NCBI GenBank assembly: GCA_014156375.1
Contig: RQJH01000002.1
Location: forward strand, 62,331 to 92,330
Origin: Enterobacteriaceae bacterium 89
GTDB lineage: Bacteria > Pseudomonadota > Gammaproteobacteria > Enterobacterales > Enterobacteriaceae
DNA length: 30,000 nt
Direction: 5' to 3'
Numbering within the stretch: position 1 is the first letter of the stretch; every line of letters begins with the position of its first letter. The notes beneath the pieces were generated by a model. The model searched no databases. It saw only the letters and a program-made list of their open reading frames with translations, and was not told where the DNA came from. The translations under genes and the position numbers were made by a program. This document shows, in pieces, positions 28,920 through 30,000 of the stretch.

Positions 28920-30000
28920 ATGAACCAGAACAGCAGCGAATTTTCCGTCCGGGTGCAGGATATTCGTCAGCTCAGCCAGGACGAAAGCCACAGTCTGACG
29001 CTGCTGTGGATGCTGGAAGGCCAGGCTGAGCTGGAAACCGACGGACAGCTTCAGTCGTTGAGCGTCGACGGTCTGGCAATCGTCAACCGTAATCAGCGCT
29101 GGCGAATGAGCGCCAGCGGCCCTAACGTCACCCTTTGCCTCACCCTTTCCGGCAGCTGGCTGATGAGTTTGTACAGCGACATTTTCGCGTACGATTATTC
29201 GATTCCTGATGAACATCACGGCAATTGGCCTGCCTGCGAGGAACTTCGTCATTTGCTTCGCCAGCTGCTGGCCGTCAATCTGATTAACCACCAGAGCCGC
29301 TACCGGCTTGAAGCTCACCGCTGGCTTGGGGAAATTCTTTTATTGCTGACCACGAGCTTTCAGCAGCCTGTCCGTATGGTGCCACTTCACGACAACCCGG
29401 GCTGGAGCAAGCGCATTGTGCAGGTGGTTGAGCGCATCCATAGCCATTACTCCCGACGGATCACGCTTGCCGAAATTGCCGCCGCCGAATTTGTGTCCGA
29501 AGCCTGGCTGTCTCGCCTTTTTCATAAGGAAGTCGGCGTCAGCTTTATGCAATACATCACCACGCTGAGGCTGGGAAAAGCCGCCGAGGCACTGCGTCAG
29601 ACCAGTCGCCCCTTACACCAGATTGCGCAGGAACAGGGGTTTGCCAGTACGAGGATGATGAGTGATTTATTTCGTCGTCATTACGAGATGGCACCGGGCG
29701 AATTTCGCAAAATGAAGTCGTCAACCGCCCTGCCGCGTTCCCGATCTGTGGTGACAGAATGCGTCCAGCCGGTGGCTATCGACCGACTTTTCAGCCTGCT
29801 CAATAAACCAGAAACCGCAGGCTGGGAACCGTCCTCGCAGACTGTTCACCAACAGCAGGAACGCGTGGTGGATTTACAGCAGCTTACCCCGCGTCCGGGA
29901 GTGCTTCGCCATACCCGCATCATGATCACCCTGCGCGAACTGGATGATTTACTCAGGGAAGACGTGCGTCGTGAGCTGGAAGCGCTGGATGAGCAAATCC
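28920..30000 (+). CDS. AraC/XylS-family transcriptional regulator, unusually long (at least 360 aa; 3' end off the window)
   Basis: The frame stays open from the ATG at 28920 (GGGGAG SD 6 nt upstream) to the window edge, which I checked codon by codon. The N-terminal region looks like a cupin-type sensor domain. The AraC double HTH is at about aa 165-265 (ITLAEIAAAEFVSEAWLSRLFHKEVGVSFMQYITTLRLGKAAEALRQT..LHQIAQEQGFASTRMMSDLFRRHYEMAPGEFRK). At least 95 more codons follow the HTH. It is absent from the ORF track because it has no stop codon. Confidence 0.8.
   Translation, partial: MNQNSSEFSVRVQDIRQLSQDESHSLTLLWMLEGQAELETDGQLQSLSVDGLAIVNRNQRWRMSASGPNVTLCLTLSGSWLMSLYSDIFAYDYSIPDEHHGNWPACEELRHLLRQLLAVNLINHQSRYRLEAHRWLGEILLLLTTSFQQPVRMVPLHDNPGWSKRIVQVVERIHSHYSRRITLAEIAAAEFVSEAWLSRLFHKEVGVSFMQYITTLRLGKAAEALRQTSRPLHQIAQEQGFASTRMMSDLFRRHYEMAPGEFRKMKSSTALPRSRSVVTECVQPVAIDRLFSLLNKPETAGWEPSSQTVHQQQERVVDLQQLTPRPGVLRHTRIMITLRELDDLLREDVRRELEALDEQI

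Noticed and set aside
28872-29552. Minus-strand ORFs 28872-29318 (148 aa) and 29340-29552 (70 aa).
   Set aside because: Both are antisense to the uninterrupted AraC-family frame, which contains a clear double HTH. Their own products have no motifs and no SD sequence.

Overview
This is a GC-rich Enterobacteriaceae chromosomal window. Protein sequences are colinear with E. coli K-12 homologues as I remember them, but clearly diverged. The REP elements and the CCCTCTCCC/GGGAGAGGG palindromic repeats look like those of Klebsiella or Enterobacter. Almost all of the window is well-known conserved operons. On the minus strand, 1-6164 holds the hydrogenase-2 operon hybOABCDE plus the 5' part of hybF. 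Next come yaaU (an MFS transporter) and fixABCX, then the divergent carnitine operon caiTABCDE on the plus strand with its activator caiF on the minus strand. After that come aes (acetyl esterase), ycjXF, pspABCD with divergent pspF, and a two-gene minus-strand operon (M20D amidohydrolase plus DHA2-type MFS transporter). A divergent long AraC-family regulator runs off the 3' edge. I found no rRNA, tRNA, CRISPR, transposase, integrase, phage, toxin-antitoxin or defence-like genes, and no convincing evidence of a previously undescribed system. The points worth a second look are modest. (1) The gene order is unlike E. coli K-12: four blocks that are unlinked there are contiguous here. (2) Dispersed repeats are dense, including a tandem array of CCCTCTCCC-type palindromes with an exact 33-nt repeat at 57-bp spacing, REP/BIME clusters inside the cai operon, and an ERIC element upstream of caiF. 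(3) Regulatory sites are easy to read: a perfect FNR box at hyb, a CaiF-type inverted repeat with a 13-bp spacer, and the pspA sigma-54 promoter. (4) The AraC-long/M20D/MFS module is the only functionally uncharacterised gene set. ORF-track starts were trimmed wherever homology and Shine-Dalgarno (SD) position showed an upstream GTG/TTG or in-frame extension.
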